Numbered from the stretch's first letter, positions 18,078-28,114 are shown. The stretch: 56,794 nucleotides of DNA from Acidimicrobiia bacterium (GCA_040905965.1 JBBDQP010000011.1:1-56794); one strand, 5' to 3'. The notes: generated from the letters alone by a model not told the origin. Numbers and translations are program-made.

Positions 18078-20579
18078 CTACTTGGGGTCGATCTCCTCGA
18101 ATGCCTCGTCGAAGGAACGAGCGGGACGGCGGCGATCGCCGCCCGTGTCAGTACTCGCCGGCTCGGCGCGGTTGCCGCGGTCACGATCATTCCGGTTGCC
18201 GCCGTCACGATTGCCGCCGTCACGATTGCCGCCGTCACGGTTCCCGCCGTCACGATTGCCGCTGTCACGATTGCCGCTGTCACGACCGCCACGGTCGTTG
18301 CGAGGGCCACGGTCGCCACCACCGTCACGACGATCATCGCGTCGGTCGTCGGCTGGCCTGTTCTTGACCGCCTCCGAGGGCTCGATCTTGTCAACGAGCT
18401 CCAGGCTCAACTTGCCCTTGTCGTCGATCTCGCGGAGTCGCACCTTCAGCTTCTGGCCCTGGGAGAGGTAGTCCTCCACCCGGTCCACTCGCCGATCCTC
18501 GTCGATCCGCGAGATGTGAAGCAGTCCGTCACGTCCGGGGAAGATGTTGATGAACGCACCGAACTTGGTGATGTTCACCACTTCGCCCACGTACTCGGCT
18601 CCGAGTTCCGGCTCCGGCGGGAAGGCGATCTGCATGACCCGTTCCTTGGCGGCGGCGAGAACCTCACTGTCGGTGGAGGCGATGCGGACGATGCCGATGT
18701 TGCCTTCCTCCTCGATCTCGATCGTCGCACCGGTGGACTCTTCGAGCTCCCGGATGACCTTGCCCTTCGGTCCGATGACCTCGCCGATCTTCTCCTTGGG
18801 GATCTCGATCGACTCGATGCGCGGGGCGTTCTTGTTCAGCTCGGCCCGCGGCTCGGCGATTGTCGCAGTCATGACCTCGAGGATCTTGAGACGGGCGTCC
18901 TTCGCCTGAGCCAGCGCACCTGTCAACACCTCGCTGGGGAGACCCTGCAGCTTGGTGTCGAGCTGGAGGGCGGTGATGACATCAGCCGTTCCCGCCACCT
19001 TGAAGTCCATGTCGCCGAGGGCGTCTTCTGCACCGAGGATGTCGGTGAGAGTGACGTACTTGCCGCCGCGGTAGATGAGCCCCATGGCGATACCTGCGAC
19101 CGGCGCCGAGATCGGCACGCCCGCATCCATCAGCGAGAGCGTGGAGGCACACACCGAAGCCATCGATGTCGATCCGTTCGACGACAACACCTCTGAGACG
19201 AGACGCACCGCGTACGGGAAGTCCTCTTCGGTCGGGACAACCGGGTGGACCGCCTTTTCGGCGAGTACCCCATGGCCGATCTCCCGACGCTTGGGGCCGC
19301 GCATGAAACCCGCCTCACCGGTGGAGAACGGGGGGAAGTTGTAGTGATGCATGTACCGCTTGCCGTCTTCATGGCCGAGGTCGTCGAGCATCTGCTCCAT
19401 CTTCAACATCCCCAGAGTGGTGATGTTCAACACCTGAGTTTCGCCACGTTGGAACAATCCGGACCCGTGCGCACGGCCGACCACGCCGATTTCGGCGCTC
19501 AACGGACGAATGTCAGTTGTTCCGCGACCGTCGAGACGGACGCCATCGTCGACGACACGCTGCCGCATCATGTCTTTGAGCACGGCGTTGAAGGCCTTCT
19601 TGGCCATCGCCAGACTCTCGGCATCGTCATCTGCGAAACCGAGCTCGGCCAGCGTCGCTTCGCGAGCCGAGGACTCCGCGTCCTTGCGAGCAGCCTTGTC
19701 GGCAGTCCGCACCGCATCCGCCAGCTTGGGACGAGCGATCTCGTCCACCCGAGCCTTGATCTCGTCGGTGTAATCGACGGCAACCGGCCACTCGACTTCG
19801 ACCTTGGTGACCTTGGACTCGAGTTCGAGCTGCAAGTCGACCAACTGGCCGATGTATTGCTTGGACTCTTCGAGCCCCCGAGCGACGGTGTCCTCATCGG
19901 ACGGTGCCGCACCCTCTTCGATGAGCCGCAACCCATCAGGAGTGGAACCGGCTTCGACCATGATGATGTCGATTCCGCCCTCGGCGTTGCGTCCGCCGGC
20001 TACCACCAGTTCGAAGACGGACTCATCGAGGTCGTCATAGGTGGGGAACGGAATCCACTCGCCGTCCTTGAGTGCGAGACGAACGCCAGCAACCGGACCC
20101 TCGAACGGGATAGAGCTCACACTCAGTGCAGCTGACGCACCATTGAGCGCCAGGACATCGAACGGATTGTCTTCGTCGACCGACAGCGTTGTCATGACCA
20201 CGTGGGTCTCGCACCGGTAGTTCTCGTTGAACGACGGGCGAAGGGGGCGGTCGATGAGGCGGCAAACAAGGATTCCCTGTTCGCTGGGTCGGCCCTCACG
20301 CCGGAAGAACGAACCGGGGATACGCCCCGCGGCATACATCCGCTCTTCGAAGTCGACCGTGAGCGGAAAGAAGTCGATGCCTTCCCGTAGTCGCTTGTTC
20401 GCGGTGGCGGTCACCAGTATTTCGGTTTCGCCGAGACGGGCGACGACGGCGCCGTCTGCCTGTCCGGCGTATTTTCCGGTCGAGAAGGACAGCGTCTTGC
20501 CGCCAACCTCACCGGATACCGTGATTTCGGACACGGTTTCTCCTCTTGTCAGGGAGTCCGGTCCGTTACCAGTTGTCAC
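18078..20579 (-). CDS. pnp: Polyribonucleotide nucleotidyltransferase (PNPase) with a ~100-aa Arg/Asp/Gly/Asn-rich C-terminal repeat tail
   Basis: 833 aa. Two RNase PH domains, then KH and S1 (GEVVNITKFGAFINIFPGRDGLLHIS). Conserved position downstream of rpsO. Confidence 0.95.
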   Translation of the reverse strand: MTTGNGPDSLTRGETVSEITVSGEVGGKTLSFSTGKYAGQADGAVVARLGETEILVTATANKRLREGIDFFPLTVDFEERMYAAGRIPGSFFRREGRPSEQGILVCRLIDRPLRPSFNENYRCETHVVMTTLSVDEDNPFDVLALNGASAALSVSSIPFEGPVAGVRLALKDGEWIPFPTYDDLDESVFELVVAGGRNAEGGIDIIMVEAGSTPDGLRLIEEGAAPSDEDTVARGLEESKQYIGQLVDLQLELESKVTKVEVEWPVAVDYTDEIKARVDEIARPKLADAVRTADKAARKDAESSAREATLAELGFADDDAESLAMAKKAFNAVLKDMMRQRVVDDGVRLDGRGTTDIRPLSAEIGVVGRAHGSGLFQRGETQVLNITTLGMLKMEQMLDDLGHEDGKRYMHHYNFPPFSTGEAGFMRGPKRREIGHGVLAEKAVHPVVPTEEDFPYAVRLVSEVLSSNGSTSMASVCASTLSLMDAGVPISAPVAGIAMGLIYRGGKYVTLTDILGAEDALGDMDFKVAGTADVITALQLDTKLQGLPSEVLTGALAQAKDARLKILEVMTATIAEPRAELNKNAPRIESIEIPKEKIGEVIGPKGKVIRELEESTGATIEIEEEGNIGIVRIASTDSEVLAAAKERVMQIAFPPEPELGAEYVGEVVNITKFGAFINIFPGRDGLLHISRIDEDRRVDRVEDYLSQGQKLKVRLREIDDKGKLSLELVDKIEPSEAVKNRPADDRRDDRRDGGGDRGPRNDRGGRDSGNRDSGNRDGGNRDGGNRDGGNRDGGNRNDRDRGNRAEPASTDTGGDRRRPARSFDEAFEEIDPK
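18171..18284 (-). repeat. Coding 15-bp tandem repeat (pentapeptide NRDGG/NRDSG units) in the pnp 3' end
   Basis: Six contiguous units of (a/g)ttgccgc(c/t)gtcacg at 18195-18284, plus a related unit at 18171-18185. They encode ...RDSGNRDSGNRDGGNRDGGNRDGGNRDGGNR... Confidence 0.9.
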
Positions 20580-20720
20580 CGTTCGGCTTCACCGAAAGGT
20601 CGCAACTAGCAACCGACTGACTCCATCGTGTTTGTCTCCGGAGCGACGCTCCGGGAGGTGATCCCGGCCGTGAGGCCGGAACGCAGAAGGAGCAGCCAAA
20701 GCTGCTCCTTCCGAGAATCG
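20580..20720 (-). promoter_or_regulatory. rpsO-pnp intergenic leader with three consecutive hairpins (rpsO terminator / pnp autoregulatory leader, Actino-pnp-type candidate)
   Basis: Hairpin 1: 20686-20711, an 11-bp perfect stem gaaggagcagc/gctgctccttc with a 4-nt loop. Hairpin 2: 20664-20679, ccggcc gtga ggccgg. Hairpin 3: 20638-20654, ccggagcg a cgctccgg. Confidence 0.5.
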
Positions 20721-20978
20721 TCAGCGACGCAGTCCGAGCGCCGCGATGAGAGAGCGATAGCGCTCGACATCCTGGCGTCGCAAATAGTTCAGGAGGCGGC
20801 GACGCTTCCCCACCATCATCAGCAGGCCTCGCCGGCTGTGGTGGTCGTGCTTGTGCTCGCGGAGGTGTTCTGTCAGGTGGTTGATGCGCTCCGACAGGAG
20901 CGCCACCTGCACCTCGGGTGAGCCGGTGTCCGAGTCGTGGGTTCCGTACTCGGTGATGATCTCTTGAGTGGTCTTCAT
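20721..20978 (-). CDS. rpsO: 30S ribosomal protein S15
   Basis: 85 aa from the ATG at 20976-20978. ...[48 protein letters not shown]... is the S15 signature. The track ORF is extended upstream through ridA. Confidence 0.9.
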   Translation of the reverse strand: MKTTQEIITEYGTHDSDTGSPEVQVALLSERINHLTEHLREHKHDHHSRRGLLMMVGKRRRLLNYLRRQDVERYRSLIAALGLRR

Positions 20979-21036
20979 ATGCGCGAAAAAGGTCCTGTGT
21001 TCCTCGGAAGAGGGGTGGTCCCGAAGCGGGACACCG

Positions 21037-21447
21037 TCACGATACCACCTCGTCGGAACGAGGCGAATCCGCAACCACAGCCTCCACCTCGATTTCAACA
21101 CGCCACACCGGATCGAGCAAGCCCGCCACCACGACCATCGTCGAGACCGGACGGGCGGCTCCGAAGAGGGTCCCATGAGCGGTGCCGACGGCGTCGGCAT
21201 CGGCTGCATCGGTGATGAACATCCTCGTTCGGATCACATCTGCCACTGATCCGCCCAGGCGCTCCAACGCCTCGATTGCGATGCGCCCGCACAGCAACAT
21301 CTGACCGTGGGCGTCCTGCGGAGTCGCCGATCCATCCTGCGGTATGGGAGCGGTGCCCGCCACTTCGATTCGGTTGCCCACGCGGAGCGCTCGGCAGAAT
21401 CCGTAGCGCTCTTCGAAGGGGCTCGCAGTGCGAATGCGTTCGGTCAT
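21037..21447 (-). CDS. RidA/YjgF-family (Rid) protein
   Basis: 136 aa. [10 protein letters not shown]..., ...RTRMFITD..., and a C-terminal VEIEVEAVV pattern typical of the YjgF/RidA fold. Confidence 0.7.
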   Translation of the reverse strand: MTERIRTASPFEERYGFCRALRVGNRIEVAGTAPIPQDGSATPQDAHGQMLLCGRIAIEALERLGGSVADVIRTRMFITDAADADAVGTAHGTLFGAARPVSTMVVVAGLLDPVWRVEIEVEAVVADSPRSDEVVS

Positions 21448-22379
21448 GCGGTCTCCTCGAGGATGTGTGCAGCCTGGTCACGGTCCGCTGCGATTTGGGT
21501 GGTCAGGGCTTCGACTCCGTCGAATCGACGCTCCTCGCGGATTCGATCGATGAAGTGCAGTTCGATGGACTCACCGTACAGATCCCCTTCGAAGTCGAGC
21601 AGATGAGCCTCGATCGTTCGGGCGCTGACGCCGAAGGTGGGTCGGACGCCGATGTTGACAACGGCCGGATGCACGACGCCGCGACGGCGCACCCGGGCGG
21701 CGTAGACGCCGTTGGCGGGGACTGCCATGCGCTCGGGGACGTGGAGATTGGCAGTCGGGAATCCGATCGAGCGGCCCCGAGCATCCCCGTGAATCACCGG
21801 CCCCGACAGGACGAACGGCCGCCCGAGCAGTACCGCCGCCATCTTCACGTCCCCGGCCATGAGCAGTTCACGGATCCGGGTCGACGAGATGACGCCGTCC
21901 GGTCCGCCGTCTCCCAACATCTCCACGACGTCGACGGTGAAGCCGTTCACCTCACCCAGCTCGGCCAAGAGCCGGGGGTCTCCCCCGCGATCGCGTCCGA
22001 ATCGGAAGTTCTCGCCAACGGCGACGGCGGCAACCTTCAAACGAAGACAAAGGATCTCCGTCACGAACGCTCGCGGGTCGAGATCCCGAATCTCGAGAAA
22101 CGGAAGCACTCCGAGAATTTCGACTCCGCATTGGCCGAGGAACTCGGCGCGCTGCTCCACGGTCGTCAGCAGGTCCGGGGCGCGATCGGGCGCGAGAAAC
22201 TCCAGCGGATGCGGATCGAAAGTGAGGGCGACAGGAACGATGCCTCGATTCCGCGCCATCGCGGTGAGATCGTTCATGACCTTCTGATGCCCTCTGTGCA
22301 CGCCGTCGAACACGCCGATGGCCACGGCAGTGGAGTGGGCATCGATGTGCCAGCCGAACGGATCTCCGCGCAGGATCAC
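21444..22379 (-). CDS. ribF: Bifunctional riboflavin kinase / FAD synthetase
   Basis: AIGVFDGVHRGHQKV and GFPTANL, with riboflavin kinase motifs toward the C-terminus. The GTG start at 22377-22379 overlaps the truB stop (GTGA). Confidence 0.9.
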   Translation of the reverse strand: MILRGDPFGWHIDAHSTAVAIGVFDGVHRGHQKVMNDLTAMARNRGIVPVALTFDPHPLEFLAPDRAPDLLTTVEQRAEFLGQCGVEILGVLPFLEIRDLDPRAFVTEILCLRLKVAAVAVGENFRFGRDRGGDPRLLAELGEVNGFTVDVVEMLGDGGPDGVISSTRIRELLMAGDVKMAAVLLGRPFVLSGPVIHGDARGRSIGFPTANLHVPERMAVPANGVYAARVRRRGVVHPAVVNIGVRPTFGVSARTIEAHLLDFEGDLYGESIELHFIDRIREERRFDGVEALTTQIAADRDQAAHILEETA

Positions 22380-23236
22380 GCCAGCACTACCTCTGGCCGG
22401 GCGACCCCATCCTCGATTCGGTACACCGCGATCAGTGTGCCATCCGTACCGAGCACCCTGACGAGTCCTCCGGACCGACCCTCGGCAGTCAGCGACCTGC
22501 CATGACCCACGAGGCGAACCATCTCCTCGTCCGCCTCGAGGATCGGAAGGTGGCTCAGCGCGTCCGACGGCGTCACCAGGTGTTCCATCCATCGATCGAG
22601 CTGGTCAACCGGGACCGCCGCCTCAGCCGTGAGCGCACCGTTGCGGGTTCTGCGCAGCGTCGTCAGATGCGCGAAGCCGCCGAGGGCGCGGGCGAGGTCG
22701 TCGGCCAACGACCGCACGTACGTCCCCTTTCCACAGACGACGCGAAACGTAACGAGGGGGTGCTCACCGTCACCGACGTCCAAGAACTCCAATTCGTGGA
22801 CGTGAATCGTGCGGGACTCGCGTTCGACCTCCAACCCCTGTCGCGCGAGGTCGTAGAGCCGCTGCCCGTCCTTCTTGAGGGCAGACACCATCGGCGGGAT
22901 CTGCTGGATCTCCCCGACGAACTGCGACCGGACAGATTCGAGGTCATCGATTGTCACGTCCATCGGGACCTCGTCGGTGACGGCGCCGTCTGCGTCCAGA
23001 GTGTCGGTGGCGACCCCGAACCGGGCGGTGGCGACGTACTCCTTGTCGAGGTCCTGGAGGAAGCGGATCAGCCGAGTCACCCCGCCGACGGCAACGACCA
23101 CCACCCCGGTGGCGAGCGGATCGAGTGTCCCGGTGTGCCCGGCCTTCCTGATGCCGGTCGCCCTCCGAACCTCGTCCACCACATCGTGGGACGTGATACC
23201 CGAGGGCTTGTCGACGACGAGGAAGCCGGTGGTCAC
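22376..23236 (-). CDS. truB: tRNA pseudouridine(55) synthase
   Basis: GFLVVDKPSGITSHDVV...KAGHTGTLDPLATGVVVV. The GTG start at 23234-23236 overlaps the nrnA stop (GTGA). Confidence 0.9.
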   Translation of the reverse strand: MTTGFLVVDKPSGITSHDVVDEVRRATGIRKAGHTGTLDPLATGVVVVAVGGVTRLIRFLQDLDKEYVATARFGVATDTLDADGAVTDEVPMDVTIDDLESVRSQFVGEIQQIPPMVSALKKDGQRLYDLARQGLEVERESRTIHVHELEFLDVGDGEHPLVTFRVVCGKGTYVRSLADDLARALGGFAHLTTLRRTRNGALTAEAAVPVDQLDRWMEHLVTPSDALSHLPILEADEEMVRLVGHGRSLTAEGRSGGLVRVLGTDGTLIAVYRIEDGVARPEVVLA

Positions 23237-24201
23237 TCGACCGGGTCCAGCCGCGACCGGACCGCCTCCACGGCTGCATCGGCGCTGCCTGCGAAAGTGA
23301 AACCTGCTGCGTTGTGGTGGCCTCCCCCGCCCAACTCCACAGCGATGGCGCCGACGTCGACTCGCCCGCGGGACCGCAGGCTCGCTTTGACCTTCCCTCC
23401 GTCGACCTCCTTGATCAACAGGGCCACGTCGGACTCCACGGCCGTGCGTATGGCGTCGATCAGCGGATCCGTGTCGGTGGGCGCGATCCGCGCCGACTTC
23501 AAGTCGTCGATGGTGAGAACCGACCACACGAGCCGCCGCTCGGCGTCAAGTTGCGCCCTACCCAAGACCGCCCCGGCCGCATGGAGATAGCCGAACGGCG
23601 TCTCCTCGTAGACGTGCTGGCCGATGATCTCGGGTCGTGCTCCGGCTTCCACCATCCGGGCGGCGGCCTCCAGCGTTCGGGGCGTGGTGTTCGAGTACTG
23701 GAACCGGCCGGTGTCGGTCACCAGCCCGGTCAGGAGCGCGGTCGCGATCTCCTCGTCGACCGGCCACCCGAGCCGTTCCAGCAGCATCACGACGATCTCG
23801 GCGGTGGCAGCGGCCGTGGGGTCGATCAGGTTCACATTGCCGAAGCCGGTGTTGGTGACGTGGTGATCGATCACGAGGACCGTCTCTGCGTTGCCCGCTG
23901 CCTTGGCGAGTTCCCCCAGGCGGTCGGCAGAGCCGGCGTCGAATGTGACCATGACTTCGGGGGCGTCTGGCACCTGGGATGGCGGGACGAGTAGATCCGT
24001 ATTGAGGAAGCGGTAATTCTCAGAAACGGTGAACGGGGTACCGAACGAGGCGATGACCGTCTTCCCGGCCTGCTTGGCGGCCATTCCAAGGCCGAGCATC
24101 GATCCGAGGGCGTCGCCATCGGGACCGATGTGGCAGGCGAGGACGAGATGCCGGCTGTCTGCGAGTACCGAGACAGCTTCTTCGAACGGGTCATTCGTCA
24201 T
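23233..24201 (-). CDS. nrnA: DHH/DHHA1-family phosphoesterase (NrnA-like oligoribonuclease/pAp phosphatase)
   Basis: CHIGPDGDALGS, VIDHH, DTGRFQYSNT and GGGGHHNAAG motifs. Confidence 0.8.
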   Translation of the reverse strand: MTNDPFEEAVSVLADSRHLVLACHIGPDGDALGSMLGLGMAAKQAGKTVIASFGTPFTVSENYRFLNTDLLVPPSQVPDAPEVMVTFDAGSADRLGELAKAAGNAETVLVIDHHVTNTGFGNVNLIDPTAAATAEIVVMLLERLGWPVDEEIATALLTGLVTDTGRFQYSNTTPRTLEAAARMVEAGARPEIIGQHVYEETPFGYLHAAGAVLGRAQLDAERRLVWSVLTIDDLKSARIAPTDTDPLIDAIRTAVESDVALLIKEVDGGKVKASLRSRGRVDVGAIAVELGGGGHHNAAGFTFAGSADAAVEAVRSRLDPVE

Positions 24202-24550
24202 CGGTCGGCTCCTGGATCTTGCGAAGGGCAGCGTCGATTCTCTCGCCTTCGGTGATGCCGTGGTCGGGCTTGAACTCGAGGGCGGGGATGTATTTCATGC
24301 GGACCTGGCTTCCGAGGACCCGGCGCAATCGGGGGGCGGCAGCATCCAGCGCGGCCTGGGTCTCGGCGATGGTCGACTGGTCGAGCGAGGAGAAGTAGAC
24401 AACGGCGCGGCGCAGGTTGGGAGCCGTATCGACACCGGTGATCGACACGAACCCGAGCCGCGGATCTTTCAGGAGCTCGACCTGTTCGGCGAGCACCTGG
24501 CGGACGATCGAATTGACCCTACGCATGCGGGAGAATGACGCCTCACCCAT
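24191..24550 (-). CDS. rbfA: Ribosome-binding factor A
   Basis: 119 aa. RMRRVNSIVRQVLAEQV...DPRLGFVSITGVDTAPNLRRAVVYF is typical of RbfA. Conserved position after infB. Confidence 0.85.
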   Translation of the reverse strand: MGEASFSRMRRVNSIVRQVLAEQVELLKDPRLGFVSITGVDTAPNLRRAVVYFSSLDQSTIAETQAALDAAAPRLRRVLGSQVRMKYIPALEFKPDHGITEGERIDAALRKIQEPTDDE

Positions 24551-24839
24551 CGGGTGCCTCCAGATATGTGACCTTGACGTCCACGACGCTCATCTCGAGC
24601 TGATCGTCAACGTAGCGCCGCACGCGATCGATGAGTCGCTCCAACTCCGGCGCATCCGGTGCCACGATCGCCACCCCGAACACCGATCGCTGCCACGTGT
24701 CGTGCAAATCGACCTCGGAGACGCTCAGCGATGCGAGGCGTCGGAGGCCTTCTACGAAGGGACGGATCACCTTGCGCTTGTCCTTCAGCGAGTCGCTGTC
24801 CGGAAGGTGACACTCGATCCGCATGGCCGCGGCGTGCAT
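24543..24839 (-). CDS. DUF503-family protein (YlxP-like)
   Basis: 98 aa. RIECHLPDSDSLKDKRKVIRPF... is the DUF503 hallmark. The start shares one base with the infB stop (TGATG). Confidence 0.75.
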   Translation of the reverse strand: MHAAAMRIECHLPDSDSLKDKRKVIRPFVEGLRRLASLSVSEVDLHDTWQRSVFGVAIVAPDAPELERLIDRVRRYVDDQLEMSVVDVKVTYLEAPDG

Positions 24840-26944
24840 CAGGTGCGGGCGACCTCGCGGATCTCGTAGACCTCGATGACGTCGCCTTCCTTCACATCGT
24901 TGAAGTTCTCAAGGCCGATTCCGCACTCGAAGCCGGACGCCACCTCGCGAACGTCATCCTTGAACCGCCGCAACGAATCGATGCGACCGTCGAAGACGAC
25001 AACGCCGTCGCGTAGAAGCCGAGCCTTCGCACTTCTCTGTACGACGCCCTCGGTCACGTAACAGCCCGCGATCGTTCCGGCTCTCGGGACCTTGAACAGC
25101 GCCCGCACCTCTGCCGAACCAAGCACGACTTCCTCGTGGTCAGGCGAAAGCTGGCCGACCAGAAATGCTTCGAGCTCGTCGAGCAACTCGTAGATGATGC
25201 TGTAGGTGCGGATTTCGATGCCGGACTCCTCCGCCGACCGGCGTGCCTTCGGGTCTGGCCGGACGTTGAATCCGATGATGATCGCTCCCGTCACCTCGGC
25301 CAGGGTCACGTCGTTCTCGTTGATTCCGCCGACCGCGCCATGGAGGACGTCGATCCGACCGTCTTCACGGGTGATCTTGGCAATGGCTTCCTTGAGCGCC
25401 TCGAGCGAGCCGTGCGCATCGGTCTTCAGGATCACCCGCATTTCGGTGTCCTCGGACCGCAATTGCTCTAGAAGGCCCTGCAGTCGTTCACGCCCGGTGA
25501 TCGTCCCCTGGCCTTCTTCCTTGATGGATTGCTCCCGGTCTGCTGCGATCGAACGTGCTTCCTTGTCGTTCTTGACGACTTCGAGGATGTCGCCGGCCGT
25601 CGGAACCTCGGACCAGCCCATGATCAGTACCGGAGCGCTGGGTCCGACCGACTTCAATCGGTTTCCCTCGTGATCCATCAGTGCCCGGGCGCGGCCGGCC
25701 ACCGCCCCTGCCACGAACGAATCGCCCTGCTGGAGCGTCCCTCGTTTGACGATCACGGTGGCCGTGGGGCCCATCCCTGGATCGAGTTGGGACTCGATGA
25801 CAACGCCCGTGGCAGAAGGCTTGGGGTTCGCCTTGTACTCCTGGAGTTGAGCGATGAGGTCGAGGACTTCGAGAAGGTTGTCGATGCCGGCGCCCGTCTG
25901 GGCCGAGACCTCGACCGATGTCACGTCGCCACCGAGTTCCTCGACGATGACCCCGTGCTGGGTGAGTTCGGTGCGGACACGCATCGGGTCTGCGGCCGGG
26001 AGGTCCATCTTGTTGATCGCCACGACCAGTTCGACCCCGGCAGCCTTGGCGTGACTGATGGCCTCGATGGTCTGAGGCATCACACCGTCGTCGGCGGCCA
26101 CTACGAGGACGACGATGTCGGTGACGTCCGCCCCGCGGGCACGCATCGTCGTGAAAGCCTCGTGTCCAGGCGTGTCGATGAATGTGAGGCGGTTGTCGCC
26201 GACGTCCACCTGATATGCACCGATGTGCTGGGTGATTCCACCGGCTTCACCCTCGACGACCTTGGCCTTGCGGATGTGGTCCAGGAGCGACGTCTTGCCG
26301 TGGTCGACGTGGCCCATGACGGTGATCACGGGCGGACGGGCCACGAGATCGGCCTCTGAGTCCTCGAACACCGGCATCTCTGCGGTCGCAGGACCGCTTG
26401 GCTCGGCGGCGGGCGGCTCGGCGAGATCGACGATGACGCCGAAGGTCTCTGCGATCTCTTCGAACATGTCCGACGGCATCTGCGCGGCCGCGCCTGCGGG
26501 CCGTCCGCGCAACATCAGCGCCTTGACGACCTCACCTGCTGCCGCCCCGATCGCCTCGGCGAACTCCGCAACGGACATCCCTTCGTGAACCGTGGCGATT
26601 CCGACGTCACCGCCCTCGGGAACGGGCTCTCCTGCGGACTCCGGTTCGGCTTCAGGTTCAGGCTCGGCCTGGGGTTCAGGTGCGGCCTGGGGTTCAGGTG
26701 CGGGTACAGGACCCTCGTCGTCGACCGGTACTTCTTTAGGAGCGGGTTGCTCTGGTTCGGTGGCCGTCTCGGTCGGCGCCGAGTCGGCGAAGGAGAGCTT
26801 GATGAGATCCGCATCTTTGTCCTCGACACTCGAGGAGGCCGTCTTCACCTCGAAACCGAGTTCTAACGCCTTGTCGAGGACGTCCTTCGACTCCAGGTCG
26901 AGGTCCCGCGCAATCTCATAAATACGTACTTTCGCCACTCTCAC
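24839..26944 (-). CDS. infB: Translation initiation factor IF-2
   Basis: 701 aa. G-domain [28 protein letters not shown]. The N-terminal Pro/Glu-rich region contains PEPQA-type repeats. Confidence 0.95.
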   Translation of the reverse strand: MRVAKVRIYEIARDLDLESKDVLDKALELGFEVKTASSSVEDKDADLIKLSFADSAPTETATEPEQPAPKEVPVDDEGPVPAPEPQAAPEPQAEPEPEAEPESAGEPVPEGGDVGIATVHEGMSVAEFAEAIGAAAGEVVKALMLRGRPAGAAAQMPSDMFEEIAETFGVIVDLAEPPAAEPSGPATAEMPVFEDSEADLVARPPVITVMGHVDHGKTSLLDHIRKAKVVEGEAGGITQHIGAYQVDVGDNRLTFIDTPGHEAFTTMRARGADVTDIVVLVVAADDGVMPQTIEAISHAKAAGVELVVAINKMDLPAADPMRVRTELTQHGVIVEELGGDVTSVEVSAQTGAGIDNLLEVLDLIAQLQEYKANPKPSATGVVIESQLDPGMGPTATVIVKRGTLQQGDSFVAGAVAGRARALMDHEGNRLKSVGPSAPVLIMGWSEVPTAGDILEVVKNDKEARSIAADREQSIKEEGQGTITGRERLQGLLEQLRSEDTEMRVILKTDAHGSLEALKEAIAKITREDGRIDVLHGAVGGINENDVTLAEVTGAIIIGFNVRPDPKARRSAEESGIEIRTYSIIYELLDELEAFLVGQLSPDHEEVVLGSAEVRALFKVPRAGTIAGCYVTEGVVQRSAKARLLRDGVVVFDGRIDSLRRFKDDVREVASGFECGIGLENFNDVKEGDVIEVYEIREVART

Positions 26945-26955
26945 TCCACCTCACG

Positions 26956-28104
26956 TCACTCTTCTTCGCCGGCAGCGTCTTCGTCATCACCCGTCTGGGG
27001 CTCGACCGCCGCGACCGGGGTGTCGTCGCCCTCGGCAACGGGAGCGACCTCGGACTCTTCGGCAGGAGCATCGTCCACGCTCGCAGATTCGGCCACTTCG
27101 ACAGTCCCGGCTGCGGGCTCGGACTCAGGCTCAGGCTCGGGTTCGTCAGATCGTATGTCGATCTTGTATCCGGACAGTCGGGCTGCCAGGCGGGCGTTCT
27201 GACCCTCTTTGCCGATCGCCAGGGAAAGCTGATGCTGGCCGACGATGACCTCGGCGACCTTCTCTTCCTCGTTGATCAGAACATCTTTGATCTTGGCGGG
27301 GCCCAGCGCCTCGGCGATGAACTGGCGGGTGTCCTCGCGCCATTGGACCACGTCGACCTTCTCGCCACGCAGTTCGTTCACGACCTGGCGAACCCTCGAG
27401 CCACGTGCTCCGACGCACGCTCCCTTGGGGTCGACGTTCGGTTCGTGGCTGACAACGGCGATCTTCGTTCGGTGCCCCGGCTCGCGGGCAATGGCGACGA
27501 TCTCGATAGTGCCATCGACGAGTTCCGGCACCTCCAGTTCGAGCAGCCGGCGGACGAGGTCCGGATGGCTGCGGGAAACGACGATCTGGGGGCCTTTGCC
27601 TTCGCCCCGAACCTCGATGATCACGCCCTTCACACGGTTGCCGCGTTCGAGCCGCTCATACGGGATGCGTTCGGATCCGGGGACGATCGCCTCGGCGTCA
27701 CCCAAGTCGAGGATTGCGTAGCGGTTGTCGACCTGCTGGACGATGCCCGTCACGAGATCGCCTTCACGGCCCTCGTACACGTCGAAGACCTGCTCACGCT
27801 TGGCCTCCCGTAGGCGCTGTGCGATGACCTGCTTGGCCGTCTGAGCGGCGATGCGCCCGAAGTCGTCCGGCGTGTCCTCCCATTCGCGGGTCACGTTGCC
27901 GTCTTCGTCCAGTTCCTGGGCGTAGACCCGGATGTCGCCACCGTCGGGATCGATCGTGACGCGCGCTTCCTCGGCTGCTCCAGGGCTGCGCTTGTAGGCG
28001 CTGACCAGGGCATTGGCGAGGGCGTCGAGAATGGTGTCGACCGGCACACCGCGTTCCCGCTCGAGCAACTCGAGAGCCTCCATCACCTGGAAATCGATCT
28101 TCAT
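26956..28104 (-). CDS. nusA: Transcription termination/antitermination factor NusA, with an acidic C-terminal tail
   Basis: ATG at 28102-28104 preceded by GAGGAG. MKIDFQVMEALELLERERGVPVDTIL, then an S1 and two KH domains. The track start 28281 is an upstream extension through rimP. Confidence 0.9.
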   Translation of the reverse strand: MKIDFQVMEALELLERERGVPVDTILDALANALVSAYKRSPGAAEEARVTIDPDGGDIRVYAQELDEDGNVTREWEDTPDDFGRIAAQTAKQVIAQRLREAKREQVFDVYEGREGDLVTGIVQQVDNRYAILDLGDAEAIVPGSERIPYERLERGNRVKGVIIEVRGEGKGPQIVVSRSHPDLVRRLLELEVPELVDGTIEIVAIAREPGHRTKIAVVSHEPNVDPKGACVGARGSRVRQVVNELRGEKVDVVQWREDTRQFIAEALGPAKIKDVLINEEEKVAEVIVGQHQLSLAIGKEGQNARLAARLSGYKIDIRSDEPEPEPESEPAAGTVEVAESASVDDAPAEESEVAPVAEGDDTPVAAVEPQTGDDEDAAGEEE

Positions 28105-28114
28105 GCGCGTCTCC

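Noticed and set aside
18171-18284. A possible CRISPR-like array, considered because of regularly spaced 15-bp repeats here and at 56620-56794
   Set aside because: The units are directly abutting with no spacers, are only 15 bp long, are in frame, and lie inside long ORFs. They are coding tandem repeats, not CRISPR arrays.
18051-19196. 381-aa plus-strand ORF, plus the neighbouring ORFs 19245-20135 and 18544-18909, lying antisense to pnp
   Set aside because: It lies entirely inside the strongly supported pnp gene on the opposite strand. The composition is Arg/Gly/Asp/Leu-rich without motifs. It is a typical high-GC shadow ORF.
21276-23590. Long plus-strand ORFs 21276-22505 (409 aa) and 22502-23590 (362 aa)
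   Set aside because: They are antisense to ribF, truB and nrnA, which carry clear family motifs and coupled start/stop overlaps. The translations are low-complexity and Arg/Pro/Gly-rich.
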